Assembly (NCBI GenBank): GCA_965217995.1
Contig: CBDCKB010000004.1
Coordinates: forward strand, 1,283,788-1,347,787
Direction: 5' to 3'
Source: Rhodobacterales bacterium
Lineage (GTDB): Bacteria; Pseudomonadota; Alphaproteobacteria; Rhodobacterales; CAZPXZ01
Length of the DNA stretch: 64,000 bases
Position numbers and translations under genes: made by a program. The notes under the pieces are model-generated. The model was given only the letters and a program-made list of their open reading frames with translations, was not told the origin of the DNA and made no database searches. This document shows, piece by piece, positions 46,457-57,195 of the stretch (the stretch's first letter is position 1; every line of letters begins with the position of its first letter).

Positions 46457-46840
46457 TCAGTTTTCCGGTTCTTCGAGCGGGGTGACCTTGACCGGATCCA
46501 CCGGCGCCGCGATGAACGCGGCACCGTCCTCCTCGCCGATATAGTCGGAGGCGGGGACGATGAGGGCCTGGCCGATCCGGACGCTGTAGGACCCGTCCAG
46601 ACGGTTGGCCTCCCGCAGGGCCTGCGGCGGGATTGCGTAGAGATGCGAGAGGGTGAAGACCGATTCGCCGGGTTCGATGATATGCATCCGCTCCCTCCCC
46701 CGTAGCGGCCGCCAGGGTTTTCCGAGCGGTGTGTCGGAGGTTGCGGTGGTACCGGCCGTCAGGAAGAACGGGGCACAGCCCGACAGGGGTGCCAGGCAGA
46801 GGATGCCGGCGGCGAGAAGAAGGACGGAGCGGGTCAGCAG
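46457..46840 (-). CDS. LysM-domain lipoprotein; start codon unresolved
   Basis: It has a lipobox (LLLAAGILCLAPLSGC) and a LysM domain (HIIEPGESVFTLSHLYAIPPQALREANRLDGSYSVRIGQALIVP). No ATG, GTG or TTG sits just upstream of the signal peptide. The options are CTG at 46840/46837, or GTG at 46936 with a ~100-nt overlap of surE. Confidence 0.65.
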   Translation of the reverse strand: MLTRSVLLLAAGILCLAPLSGCAPFFLTAGTTATSDTPLGKPWRPLRGRERMHIIEPGESVFTLSHLYAIPPQALREANRLDGSYSVRIGQALIVPASDYIGEEDGAAFIAAPVDPVKVTPLEEPEN

Positions 46841-47619
46841 TCGAACTCGATCGCCGCTGCAATATCCGGCTTGATTCGCGCATGTGCGGTGATGTCGGTG
46901 GTGATGGGGGTGGCCGTGATCCAGCCTTCGGAGCACAGATTCTGATCGCAGTTCTGGTCCGGTACAGGCTCGTCCGGGTTGTAGGCGAGCCAGTAGTAGT
47001 CGGCACTTAGGCGGGGGCTGTGCGCCGGTGCCGGGCGCAGGGCACTCTCCGGACGCATTCCTGCCGGCGCGAGGCGCAGCCCCCGGGCCCCCCCGGTCGG
47101 GCGGGCCGGAAAATTGACGTTGAAGCAGGCACGCGGGAGGCTGTTTGCGGACAGCAGGCGGCGGACCACCGCCGCGCCATGCTCGCGCGCCGGGGCGAAG
47201 ATGTCGTTCTGGTCGCTGCCGGTTCCGAAACCCTGGCTCAGCGCGATGCCGATCGTGCCGCGCAGGGAGGCTTCGATGGCGGCGGCGACGGTGCCGGAAA
47301 TCAGCACGTCATTGGCGACATTGCGGCCGTAATTGACGCCCGTGAGGACCAAATCAGGGGGCTGTCCTTCCAGGAACGTTTCCACGCCCATGATCACGCA
47401 GTCGGCGGGCGTGCCGTCGACCGAGTAGCGGCGCTCGCGGATCTTGCGGGTGCGGATGACCGAGGTGTAGGTCAGGGCATGTCCGGCGCCGCTGTGGTTG
47501 GTCTGGGGGGCGACGGTCCAGATCTCGCCGTCGGGGCCGGCGATCTCGCGGGCGATCTCCTCCGCCACCACCAGCCCCGGGGCGTCGATTCCGTCGTCAT
47601 TGGCGATCAGTATCCGCAT
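46834..47619 (-). CDS. surE: 5'/3'-nucleotidase SurE
   Basis: Start at MRILIANDDGIDAPG (47619). It also contains PQTNHSGAGHALT and GTPADCV. Confidence 0.93.
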   Translation of the reverse strand: MRILIANDDGIDAPGLVVAEEIAREIAGPDGEIWTVAPQTNHSGAGHALTYTSVIRTRKIRERRYSVDGTPADCVIMGVETFLEGQPPDLVLTGVNYGRNVANDVLISGTVAAAIEASLRGTIGIALSQGFGTGSDQNDIFAPAREHGAAVVRRLLSANSLPRACFNVNFPARPTGGARGLRLAPAGMRPESALRPAPAHSPRLSADYYWLAYNPDEPVPDQNCDQNLCSEGWITATPITTDITAHARIKPDIAAAIEFDC

Positions 47620-47620
47620 T

Positions 47621-49906
47621 TCAGGCTTTTCCTGCGAGTGAACCGTCGGGATCGATCCGCCGCGCACCCCCCATATAGGGGCCGAGGACGGGCGGCAGAT
47701 CGATGCCACCGTCTTCGGTCTGTCCGTTCTCCATCACTGCGATCAGGGCCCGTCCGATCGCGACACCGGATCCGTTCAGGGTATGGACGAATTCTGGCTT
47801 CCCTCCGCCCGCCGGGCGGAAGCGTGCGTCCATCCGTCGGGCCTGGAAATCTCCGCAGGTCGAGCAGGAGGAAATTTCGCGATAGCGGCCCTGACCGGGC
47901 AGCCATGTCTCGATATCGTAGGTCATTCCGGCCGCAAAACCGAGATCCCCGGTGCAGAGTGCCACGGTTCGCCAGGGGAGGCCGAGGGCTTCGAGCACGC
48001 CTTCGGCACAGCCGGTCATGCGCTCGAGCTCCCCCGCCGAATCTTCCGGCCGGGTGATCGAGACGAGTTCCACTTTCTCGAATTGGTGCTGGCGGAGCAT
48101 GCCACGCGTATCCTGCCCGGCGGCCCCGGCCTCGGAACGGAAGCAGGAGGTCCAGGCGACATAGCGTTGCGGGAGCTGGCCGGAATCGAGCACCTGCCCG
48201 GAGACGAGATTGGTGAGGGGCACTTCCGCGGTCGGGATCAGCCAGTGTTCCCGCGTTGTCTGGTAGAGGTCATCGTGGAATTTCGGCAGCTGGCCCGTGC
48301 CCCGGAGGACCTCCGGCAGCACCAGCGCGGGCACCCAGATTTCCTCATAGCCGTTTTCTTCGACATGCCGGTCGAGCATGAAGCGGCCCAGGGCCTGGTG
48401 CAGGCGGGCCAGGGCACCGCGAAGCACAACGAACCGGGAACCGGACAGCCTTGCGGCCGTCGTGAAATCCATCAGCCCGAGGGCTTCGCCCAGCACAAAA
48501 TGCTCGCGCGGTGGATATCCGCGCTCCGGAATCGTGCCGTTGCGCCGCAATTCAAGATTGGCACTTTCGTTGACGCCATCCGGCACTCCGGCGAGCGGCA
48601 GGTTGGGAAGCTGTTCGAGTTCGGCGGCCAGATCGGCACTGCGTTCGCGGGCGGCCTGCTGCAGTTCCGAGAGTCTGTGGCGGGACTGCGCCATCCCGTC
48701 GCGGAGCTGGGTGAAGGCCGCCATCACCCTCGCAGAGGCCTGATGGGCCTGCTCGTAGGCGGCCCAGGTCTTACGGGCCTGCTCGTAGGCGGTCTCAAGC
48801 TGTTTGATGGCGGCCTGGGCCCGGGCCTTACTAGCCTGCTCGTAGGCGGTCTTGAGCTGTTTGATGGCGGCCCAGGACTTACGGGTCTGCTCGGAGGCGA
48901 TCTCGATCTGCTTGATGGCGGCCTGAGCTCGGGCCTTACGATCCTGCTCGGAGACGGTCTTGAGCTGTTTGATGGCGGCCCAGGCCTTACGGGCCTGCTC
49001 GGAGGCGGTCTCAAGCTGTTTGATGGCGGCCCGGGCCTTACGGGCCTGCTCGGAGGCGGTCTCGATCTGCTTGATGGCGGCCCGGGCCTTACGGGCCTGC
49101 TCGGAGGCGGTCTCGAGCTGCTTGATGGCGGCCCGAGCCCGGGCCTTACGGGCCTGCTCGGAGGCGGTCTCGAGCTGCTTGATGGCGGCCCGAGCCCGGG
49201 CCTTACGGGCCTGCTCGGAGGCGGTCTCGATCTGCTTGATGACGGCCCGGTCCCGGTCCTTACTAGCCTGTTCGGAGGCGGTCTCGAGCTGCTTGATGGT
49301 GGCCCAGGCCTTACGGGCCTGCTCGGAGGCGGTCTCAAGTTGTTTGATGACGGCCCAGGCCTTACTGGCCTGCTCGGAGGCGGTTTTGAGCTGTTTGACG
49401 GCGGCCCGGGCTCGGATATTGCGGGCCTGCTCGGAGGCGGTCTCGAGCTGTTTGATGATGGCCCAGGCTTTGCGGGCCTGCTCGGAGGCGGTCTCGAGCT
49501 GTTTGATGGCGGCCCGGGCCTTACTGGCCTGCTCGGAGGTGGTCTCGAGCTGCTTGATGGCGGCCCGGGCCTTACTGACCTGCTCGGAGGCGGTCTCGAG
49601 CTGTTTGATGGCGGCCCGGGCTTTGCTGGTCCGCTCTGAAGCGGCGTTACACGCCGCCTGTAGATTCTCGATCTGTTTGATGATGGCGTTGCGCGTCGCT
49701 TGCAGATCATCGATGGCGGCCCGGGCCCTGCGGGCCTGCTCGGTGGAGGCGTTGCGCCCCGCCTGCAGATTCTCGAGCTGTTCGATGGCGGCCCGTCGGG
49801 CGGTATCGAGCGTGAGAAGTCGGGTGGCCGCCGGCTCCAGCCCGAGACGGGCGAGAGCGGCATCGAAGAGATCGGGGTCGGCGCGGACGGCCCGTATGTC
49901 GATCAT
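47621..49906 (-). CDS. serS: Serine--tRNA ligase with a greatly expanded repetitive coiled-coil arm (761 aa)
   Basis: Start at [18 protein letters not shown] (ATG 49906). The class II core is intact ([46 protein letters not shown]). Residues ~58-400 are tandem repeats, described in the repeat feature and findings. Confidence 0.9.
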   Translation of the reverse strand: MIDIRAVRADPDLFDAALARLGLEPAATRLLTLDTARRAAIEQLENLQAGRNASTEQARRARAAIDDLQATRNAIIKQIENLQAACNAASERTSKARAAIKQLETASEQVSKARAAIKQLETTSEQASKARAAIKQLETASEQARKAWAIIKQLETASEQARNIRARAAVKQLKTASEQASKAWAVIKQLETASEQARKAWATIKQLETASEQASKDRDRAVIKQIETASEQARKARARAAIKQLETASEQARKARARAAIKQLETASEQARKARAAIKQIETASEQARKARAAIKQLETASEQARKAWAAIKQLKTVSEQDRKARAQAAIKQIEIASEQTRKSWAAIKQLKTAYEQASKARAQAAIKQLETAYEQARKTWAAYEQAHQASARVMAAFTQLRDGMAQSRHRLSELQQAARERSADLAAELEQLPNLPLAGVPDGVNESANLELRRNGTIPERGYPPREHFVLGEALGLMDFTTAARLSGSRFVVLRGALARLHQALGRFMLDRHVEENGYEEIWVPALVLPEVLRGTGQLPKFHDDLYQTTREHWLIPTAEVPLTNLVSGQVLDSGQLPQRYVAWTSCFRSEAGAAGQDTRGMLRQHQFEKVELVSITRPEDSAGELERMTGCAEGVLEALGLPWRTVALCTGDLGFAAGMTYDIETWLPGQGRYREISSCSTCGDFQARRMDARFRPAGGGKPEFVHTLNGSGVAIGRALIAVMENGQTEDGGIDLPPVLGPYMGGARRIDPDGSLAGKA
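48710..49735 (-). repeat. In-frame tandem 51/57-bp (17/19-aa) repeats inside serS: ~16 conserved units (48770..49621) plus degenerate flanking units
   Basis: gatggcggcc recurs at 48971 and 49022, and onward, giving a 51-bp period. The peptide unit is A(R/W)[15 protein letters not shown], with some units carrying an extra two residues (AR, IR or DR). Confidence 0.95.
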
Positions 49907-50047
49907 CGGGTCCTCCGGCGGCGAGATGTCTCGGAAGCGGCAAGAACCCCTATCATGCTGCGTTGCGCGGGGCTTGTCGAGAACCGCGCATTGACAGGAA
50001 ATCCGGCGGCAGGAAATTGCAGGACCGGAGCAGAAGGATTGAAGGTT

Positions 50048-50812
50048 ATGGCCGAACACGCGGGCCGGCGGGCGGTGGCCGAGGCTGCCGCGGAATGGGC
50101 GGCCGATATGGCGGAATCACTCGCCCCCGAGCCATTCCGACTCGGTCTTGGAAGCGGCAGTACGGCCGAGATGTTTCTCGCCGCGCTCGGTGCCATGCCC
50201 GGCAAGCGGATCGCCAATATCGTGGGCATGCCGAGTTCGAAGCGCGTCGAGACTCTGGCCCGAAAATCGAAGATCGTGGTCATGGATGCCACCGGGCCGT
50301 CCTGGCTGCATCTTGCCGTCGACGGTGCGGACGAGTTCGATCGGGATCTTGTGCTCATCAAGGGCGGGGGCGGAGCCTTGCTGCGCGAGAAGATTGTCGC
50401 CGAGGCAGCACTGGAGATCATTATCATTGCGGATGCGGGCAAACAGGTTGATAGGCTGGGCGCGTTCCCGTTGCCGGTGGAGATCTCGCCCTTCTATCCG
50501 GGTGCTACGCTCGACGCGATTCGCACCGAGCTCAAGGGCCTCAATTATGACATCGCAGACGAATGCGTGCGGCTGCGCAAGATCGAGGGCGAGCCCTTCG
50601 TCACCGACGGGGGCAATTGGATCGTCGATCTGGAACTCGGGTCGATCAAGGACCCGTGGCTGACAGATACGATTCTGTGCGGCGTTCCCGGCCTCTTGGC
50701 CACCGGCCTGTTCTGCGGGCTGGCGGACAGGGTGCTGGTCGGCCATGAGGATGGGGGGATCGATATCCTCGAGCCGGATCCGTCGGAGGATACGGACAGG
50801 CGGGAATCGTGA
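50048..50812 (+). CDS. rpiA: Ribose-5-phosphate isomerase A
   Basis: ATG 50048 within ORF 49700..50812. It contains [20 protein letters not shown] and [15 protein letters not shown]. Confidence 0.9.
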   Translation: MAEHAGRRAVAEAAAEWAADMAESLAPEPFRLGLGSGSTAEMFLAALGAMPGKRIANIVGMPSSKRVETLARKSKIVVMDATGPSWLHLAVDGADEFDRDLVLIKGGGGALLREKIVAEAALEIIIIADAGKQVDRLGAFPLPVEISPFYPGATLDAIRTELKGLNYDIADECVRLRKIEGEPFVTDGGNWIVDLELGSIKDPWLTDTILCGVPGLLATGLFCGLADRVLVGHEDGGIDILEPDPSEDTDRRES

Positions 50813-52164
50813 GCCGGGACCTCTATGACCTGTTCGTCATCGGCGGCGGCTCGGGTGGCGTGCGGGCGGCGCGTCGGGCCGCGGAGAGCGGGGCGCGGGT
50901 CGGCATCGCCGAGGAGAGCCGGTTTGGCGGGACCTGTGTCATCCGTGGCTGCATCCCGAAAAAATTGCTGGTCTATGCATCGGGATTTTCGGAGGCGTTT
51001 GAGGCGAGCCGCGGGTTTGGCTGGCGCACCGAAGGGATCGGGTTTGACTGGCCGACCCTGATTGCCCGCAAGGATGCCGAGATTGCCCGGCTGGAATCCC
51101 TGTATCGGACGGGGCTTGCGAGTGCGGGGGTTGAGATCTTCGAGACGCGGGCCCGCCTGGACGGGCCAGGTCGGGTCCAGGTGGAGGACGGCCGGTCTCT
51201 CGAAGCCCGCCATGTGCTGGTCGCGACCGGGGGGCGGCCTTTCGTGCCGGAGTTTCCGGGTCGTGAACATGCCGCCATTTCGGACTCGGCCTTCGATCTG
51301 CCGGTGCTACCACGCCGTGTGCTGGTCATCGGGGGTGGCTACATCGCCTGTGAATTCGCGTGCATTTTTTGTGGCCTGGGGGTCGAGGTGGTCCAGATCT
51401 ATCGCGGGCCGCTGTTCCTGCGCGGTTTTGACGACGATCTTCGGGCCTATACGGCCCGGGAGATGCGCCGGAAGGGCGTTGATCTCCGTTTCGAAACCGA
51501 GATCGAGGAGCTGCGCCGGAAAGGGGACGGTTTTGAGGCTGTGCTCACCGGCGGTGCTGTGGAAAGGGCGGATTTCGTGCTGGCGGCGACCGGCCGTTGG
51601 CCCAATACGGCCGGCCTCGGTCTCGAGGAGGCGGGGGTCCGGCTCGGCAGGAATGGCGCGATTCCGGTGGATGCGTTCTCGGCGACCTGTGTGCCCGGCA
51701 TTCACGCGGTCGGGGACGTGACTGATCGTGTCAATTTGACCCCGGTCGCGATCCGGGAGGGAGAGGCATTTGTGCGGACGGTGTTCGGGGGGGTGCCGAC
51801 GGAGGTGGATCACGCACTGATCCCGCATGCGGTCTTCACACAGCCGGAACTCGGTTCCGTCGGCCTGTCCGAGGCGGACGCCCGCGCCCGTGGCGGGGTC
51901 GAGATCTATCGCACGGAATTCCGGCCCTTGCTCCAGACTCTCGGCGGGAGTGAAGAAAAGACATTGATGAAACTGGTGGTGGACCGGGACACGCGGCGGG
52001 TGCTCGGGGTCCATATCGGCGGGCATGGCGCGGCGGAGATGGTCCAGTGTCTGGCCGTGGCCGTGAAGATGGGGGCCACCAAGGAGGATTTTGACCGTAC
52101 CTGCGCGTTGCACCCGACCTCGGCGGAAGAGCTGGTGACATTGCGCGAACCCGTCTCCTCCTGA
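50809..52164 (+). CDS. gor: Glutathione-disulfide reductase
   Basis: The GTG start overlaps the rpiA stop (GTGA). It contains DLFVIGGGSGGVRAAR and the redox-active GGTCVIRGCIPKK, with a C-terminal HPTSAEE. Confidence 0.9.
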   Translation: MSRDLYDLFVIGGGSGGVRAARRAAESGARVGIAEESRFGGTCVIRGCIPKKLLVYASGFSEAFEASRGFGWRTEGIGFDWPTLIARKDAEIARLESLYRTGLASAGVEIFETRARLDGPGRVQVEDGRSLEARHVLVATGGRPFVPEFPGREHAAISDSAFDLPVLPRRVLVIGGGYIACEFACIFCGLGVEVVQIYRGPLFLRGFDDDLRAYTAREMRRKGVDLRFETEIEELRRKGDGFEAVLTGGAVERADFVLAATGRWPNTAGLGLEEAGVRLGRNGAIPVDAFSATCVPGIHAVGDVTDRVNLTPVAIREGEAFVRTVFGGVPTEVDHALIPHAVFTQPELGSVGLSEADARARGGVEIYRTEFRPLLQTLGGSEEKTLMKLVVDRDTRRVLGVHIGGHGAAEMVQCLAVAVKMGATKEDFDRTCALHPTSAEELVTLREPVSS

Positions 52165-52260
52165 CGTCCATCCGGTTTGGCGGTTAGAATACGCCCAACC
52201 GGCAGCGGCGTTTACTGCGGATCGTCGGACAGAACTTCAAAAAACAGAGAGAAAGACGGC

Positions 52261-52490
52261 ATGGCCAAGGAATTTTTTTACTCGTTTGGGGTCGATGTGG
52301 ATGCGGTGACTGGATGGCTGGGCTCCTAGGGTGGCGAGGACAGTCCTTGTGACATTTTGCGCGGGCTGTTTTTTGGTGAGGTCGGCTCGCCGCGGTTGCG
52401 GGAGCTCTTCCGGTGCTTTGACATCCAGACGACCTAGTTCATTCCGGGGCATCGGAATCTTGGCCATGAGATTTGTTCCGCCGAGTCGGC
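52261..52490 (+). pseudogene. Decayed fragment of a polysaccharide deacetylase-family gene (PuuE-like N-terminus) with in-frame stops
   Basis: Reading from ATG 52261 gives [66 protein letters not shown]. This matches the N-terminus of that family as I recall it (...[35 protein letters not shown].LF....I..TWF.PGH). TAG codons replace the expected Tyr and Trp, and the body of the gene is missing. Confidence 0.6.
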
Positions 52491-52641
52491 CTGGATTCCG
52501 GGCGAAACAGGCCGGGAGGGAAGGGGTGATGGGCGGCAGGCAGCGGTCTGCCCTCGGAGCCATGCGCAGGGGGGATTCGGGCGTGCCCGCTCTGCGGGCA
52601 TCCGGCCCCAGGATCCATCCGGTTCCAGGAGGATTCGGTTC

Positions 52642-53508
52642 ATGAAGATCCACACCGCCGTGCTGCCCGTGGCCGGGCTGGGCACAAGGTTCCTGCCCAT
52701 GACCCGTGCGGTGCCGAAGGAATTGCTGCCGATCGTCGATCGTCCGGTCGTGCATTACGTGCTGGAGGAGGCCATGAATTCCGGTATCGGCCGCTATGTA
52801 CTGGTCACCGCGCGCGGCAAAACGGTCATCGAGGATCATTTCGACCGCAATCCGACACTCGAACGGCAGCTCGAATTGCGTGACAAGAAGGATCTGGTTG
52901 CGGCTCTTCGCGACATCCCGGAATCGGGCCGGATCATCTATGTGCGCCAGGGTGTGCCGAATGGCCTTGGCCATGCCATCAATTGCGCCCGCCATGTGGT
53001 GGGCGACGAGCCGTTCGCGGTTCTCCTGCCAGACGATTTCATCGATTCCGAGCAGCCCCCGCTCGGCAGGCTGGTGGAGGCCTATCAGGAGGTGGGCGGG
53101 GGATGTCTGATCGGCGTGCAGGAAGTCGCTGCGGAGGATGTCGGACGCTACGGAATCATTGAGCCCGACGGTGCGGAGGAAGGGATCATACGGGTTCGCT
53201 CGATGGTCGAGAAACCCTCTCCGGGAGAAGCACCGTCGCGGCTTGCGGCCGTCGGCCGCTATATTCTCGGCCCTGAGATCTTTCGGCATCTCGACGCCAC
53301 CGGCGCGGATGGCGGAGGCGAGATTCAGCTCACCGACGCCCTCGCCGCGGTGGCGGCGGCAGGCGCTCTGCATGCCATCAAATTGTCCGGCACCCGGTAT
53401 GACTGCGGCAGCAAGATCGGATTCCTGCAGGCCAATATCCAGATGGCACTCAAGCGCGAGGATCTTGCGCCCCGCCTGCGGGCATTTCTGGCAACTCTCG
53501 ATTTGTAG
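52642..53508 (+). CDS. galU: UTP--glucose-1-phosphate uridylyltransferase
   Basis: MKIHTAVLPVAGLGTRFLPMTRAVPKELLPIVDRP, plus VRQGVPNGLGHAI and VEKP. Confidence 0.93.
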   Translation: MKIHTAVLPVAGLGTRFLPMTRAVPKELLPIVDRPVVHYVLEEAMNSGIGRYVLVTARGKTVIEDHFDRNPTLERQLELRDKKDLVAALRDIPESGRIIYVRQGVPNGLGHAINCARHVVGDEPFAVLLPDDFIDSEQPPLGRLVEAYQEVGGGCLIGVQEVAAEDVGRYGIIEPDGAEEGIIRVRSMVEKPSPGEAPSRLAAVGRYILGPEIFRHLDATGADGGGEIQLTDALAAVAAAGALHAIKLSGTRYDCGSKIGFLQANIQMALKREDLAPRLRAFLATLDL

Positions 53509-53544
53509 GGAGCGGCCCGGCCTTTCCCCGCCTCCCGGAGAGGA

Positions 53545-54003
53545 CTATCCGGTCGTCTTGGTGAGGTCGGCGGCACCTTTCGCGATCTCCTTGTGGAGTG
53601 CATCAAGTGCTTCGCCATGCGCCTTGGCGGCGGTTTCGACCAGCTGCGTGAGCTGGCCGGTGGCCCGCTCGAGTGCCGCCTGCACGATTTTGGCCTGTGC
53701 TTCCGGATCTTGCATTTTGCCGGCATCTTCCCGGAGTTTTTCAAAATCCTTCATGGCTTCCTCGGTCGCCGATTTCACGATCTCGACCTGGTCGCGAAAG
53801 AGATTTTCGTAGACTTTTGCCGTGGCGCGGCTGGTCTCGACCAGCGCATCCATATTGTGCTTCTGGTTTTCGAAGATCTGCTTCGGGTCGACGGAGCCGT
53901 AGCTGGCCTGCGTCAGCCGGTGGGCGGTTTGGGCGAATTCCTCGCCGATCTTGAAATAGGCGGCAATCCGTTCGGGATCGAAGCCAGGAAAATTCTTGTC
54001 CAT
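53545..54003 (-). CDS. Phasin-family (PHA granule-associated) protein
   Basis: ORF 53545..54126, with start taken at MDKNFPGFDPERIAAYFK (54003). It is an all-helical, Ala/Glu/Lys/Gln-rich 152-aa protein of alphaproteobacterial phasin type. An alternative start at 54072 would overlap the GNAT gene. Confidence 0.65.
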   Translation of the reverse strand: MDKNFPGFDPERIAAYFKIGEEFAQTAHRLTQASYGSVDPKQIFENQKHNMDALVETSRATAKVYENLFRDQVEIVKSATEEAMKDFEKLREDAGKMQDPEAQAKIVQAALERATGQLTQLVETAAKAHGEALDALHKEIAKGAADLTKTTG

Positions 54004-54061
54004 CTGTTGTTCTGCCCATTCTGTCGGTCTGGTAGTCAAATAGGGTAAATCCGGTTTCGAT

Positions 54062-54784
54062 TCAACCGTCATAGGCGGCCCGGGTGAGGGAGGACAGCGA
54101 GACCCGCTGGCATCCGTCGGCGTCAAAATTGCCGGGGGCGAGCCATTGCTGATAGGCGTTTTTCAGCCCCGGCCAGTGCCGGTCGAGGATCGAATACCAC
54201 GCCGTGTCACGGTTGCGGCCCTTGTATGTCGTTGACTGACGGAAGATGCCTTCAAAGACAAAACCGAGCCTCTTCGCGGCCCGCATCGAGGGTTCATTGA
54301 GCGCGTCGCATTTCCACTCGTAGCGGCGATAGCCGAGATCGTCGAACACATGGCGCATCATGAGAAACATCGCCTCCGTGGCCGCCACGGTCCGCTGCAG
54401 GATGGGCGCGAGGCAGATATGCCCGACCTCGATCGATCCATGTGGAGGGTCGATGCGCAGATAGGTTGCGACGCCGCCCGGGTGCCCCGATCGGTGATCG
54501 ACAACGGCATAGGCCTGCGGTTCTCCCGCCGCCACCCATGATTCCAGATGTCGCTGGTATTCTCCGGCGCTTTCAAAGGGCCCATACGCCAGATAGGTCC
54601 AGATCCTGTTCTCCCGGTCTTCCTGATAGGCGGCCAGGAGGTCGGCCGCGTGACGCTCCGGATCGATGGGTTCGAGCCGGGTATGGGTGCCCTCCAGCAC
54701 CCGGCGGGGCGGGGAAGCGGCGCCGTTCCATTCCGCGGGAAGAGGGGGTCCGACGGGCTGGCCGAGGGCGTTGGTATAGGTCAC
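54062..54784 (-). CDS. GNAT-family N-acetyltransferase
   Basis: 240 aa. The acetyl-CoA binding region is LQRTVAATEAMFLMMRHVFDDLGYRRYEWKCDALNEPSMRAAKRLGFVFEG. Confidence 0.85.
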   Translation of the reverse strand: MTYTNALGQPVGPPLPAEWNGAASPPRRVLEGTHTRLEPIDPERHAADLLAAYQEDRENRIWTYLAYGPFESAGEYQRHLESWVAAGEPQAYAVVDHRSGHPGGVATYLRIDPPHGSIEVGHICLAPILQRTVAATEAMFLMMRHVFDDLGYRRYEWKCDALNEPSMRAAKRLGFVFEGIFRQSTTYKGRNRDTAWYSILDRHWPGLKNAYQQWLAPGNFDADGCQRVSLSSLTRAAYDG

Positions 54785-55059
54785 CGGAAATCCTCCCTGC
54801 AGTCACCGCATGGCCAGCATAGCAACGGGCCGTGAGGGGGAAGATTTGAAAATCGCCCCGTTCCTCTTGTCTGCCCGGTGTTTCGGCCGCTGCCGGATGT
54901 GGGAGGCAGGCGGAAGGAGGCCATCCCGGGGTCGGGGGCGTGTTGTGCCGCAATGCGTTGCGTGGTACTCATAAATCTGCGTGGCGGCGTATCACTGCTT
55001 GCTATGTGTTCTTCCGTCGGCGGGGGGATCCTGCCGGGCTGTCCAATCAAGGGGGCGCC

Positions 55060-55622
55060 GTGTCCGATCTGTCGCCAGCACTGCACGGTGCCGCTGGCAG
55101 GTATGCGTCGGCGCTTTTTGAGCTGGCGGACGAGGCGGACTGTCTGGAGCCCGCTGCCGCGGATCTGCGGGCCCTTCAGGGGATGCTGGCGGAGATTCCG
55201 GATCTGGCGCGGGTGGTCCGCAGCCCGCTCTTCGGGCGGAGGGACCAGGCACGGGCGATGGTCGCCATGGCCCGCAAGGTCGGATTTTCCGATGTTGTCA
55301 CGAGATTTCTGGGCGTCATGGCGTCCAATCGAAGGTTGTTCGTTCTGGAGGATTCCATCAGGGCGTTCATGGCACTCCTGGATGCCCGGCGCGGCATTGC
55401 GCGCGTCCGGGTGCGGTCGGCGCGCCCGTTGGCCGCGGAGCAGCAGGAAGCGATGCGCAAGGCATTGGCCGGCGTTGTTGCGGGCGATGTAGAATTGGAG
55501 TGTGTCGAGGAACCCGGACTGATTGGCGGGATTGCCGTGCAGATCGGGAGCCGGTTGGTGGATGTGTCCATCCGCTCCCGTCTTGAGCGGATGCGGGTGG
55601 CGATGCAAGGAGGCAGACTGAC

Positions 55623-55626
<4 letters not shown>
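55060..55626 (+). CDS. atpH: F0F1 ATP synthase subunit delta (OSCP)
   Basis: GTG 55060 follows AAGGGGG. It contains [12 protein letters not shown] and [14 protein letters not shown], and is first in the atpHAGDC cluster. Confidence 0.9.
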
Positions 55627-57176
<1,550 letters not shown>

Positions 57177-57195
57177 TTGATCCAGGAGCCCGCCG

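Noticed and set aside
47783-49994. Plus-strand ORFs 47783..49639 (618 aa), 48960..49994 (344 aa) and minus-strand ORF 48724..49863 (379 aa), with repetitive translations
   Set aside because: They are antisense or out-of-frame readings of the serS repeat tract. The serS frame is the one linked to a recognisable N-terminus and catalytic core.
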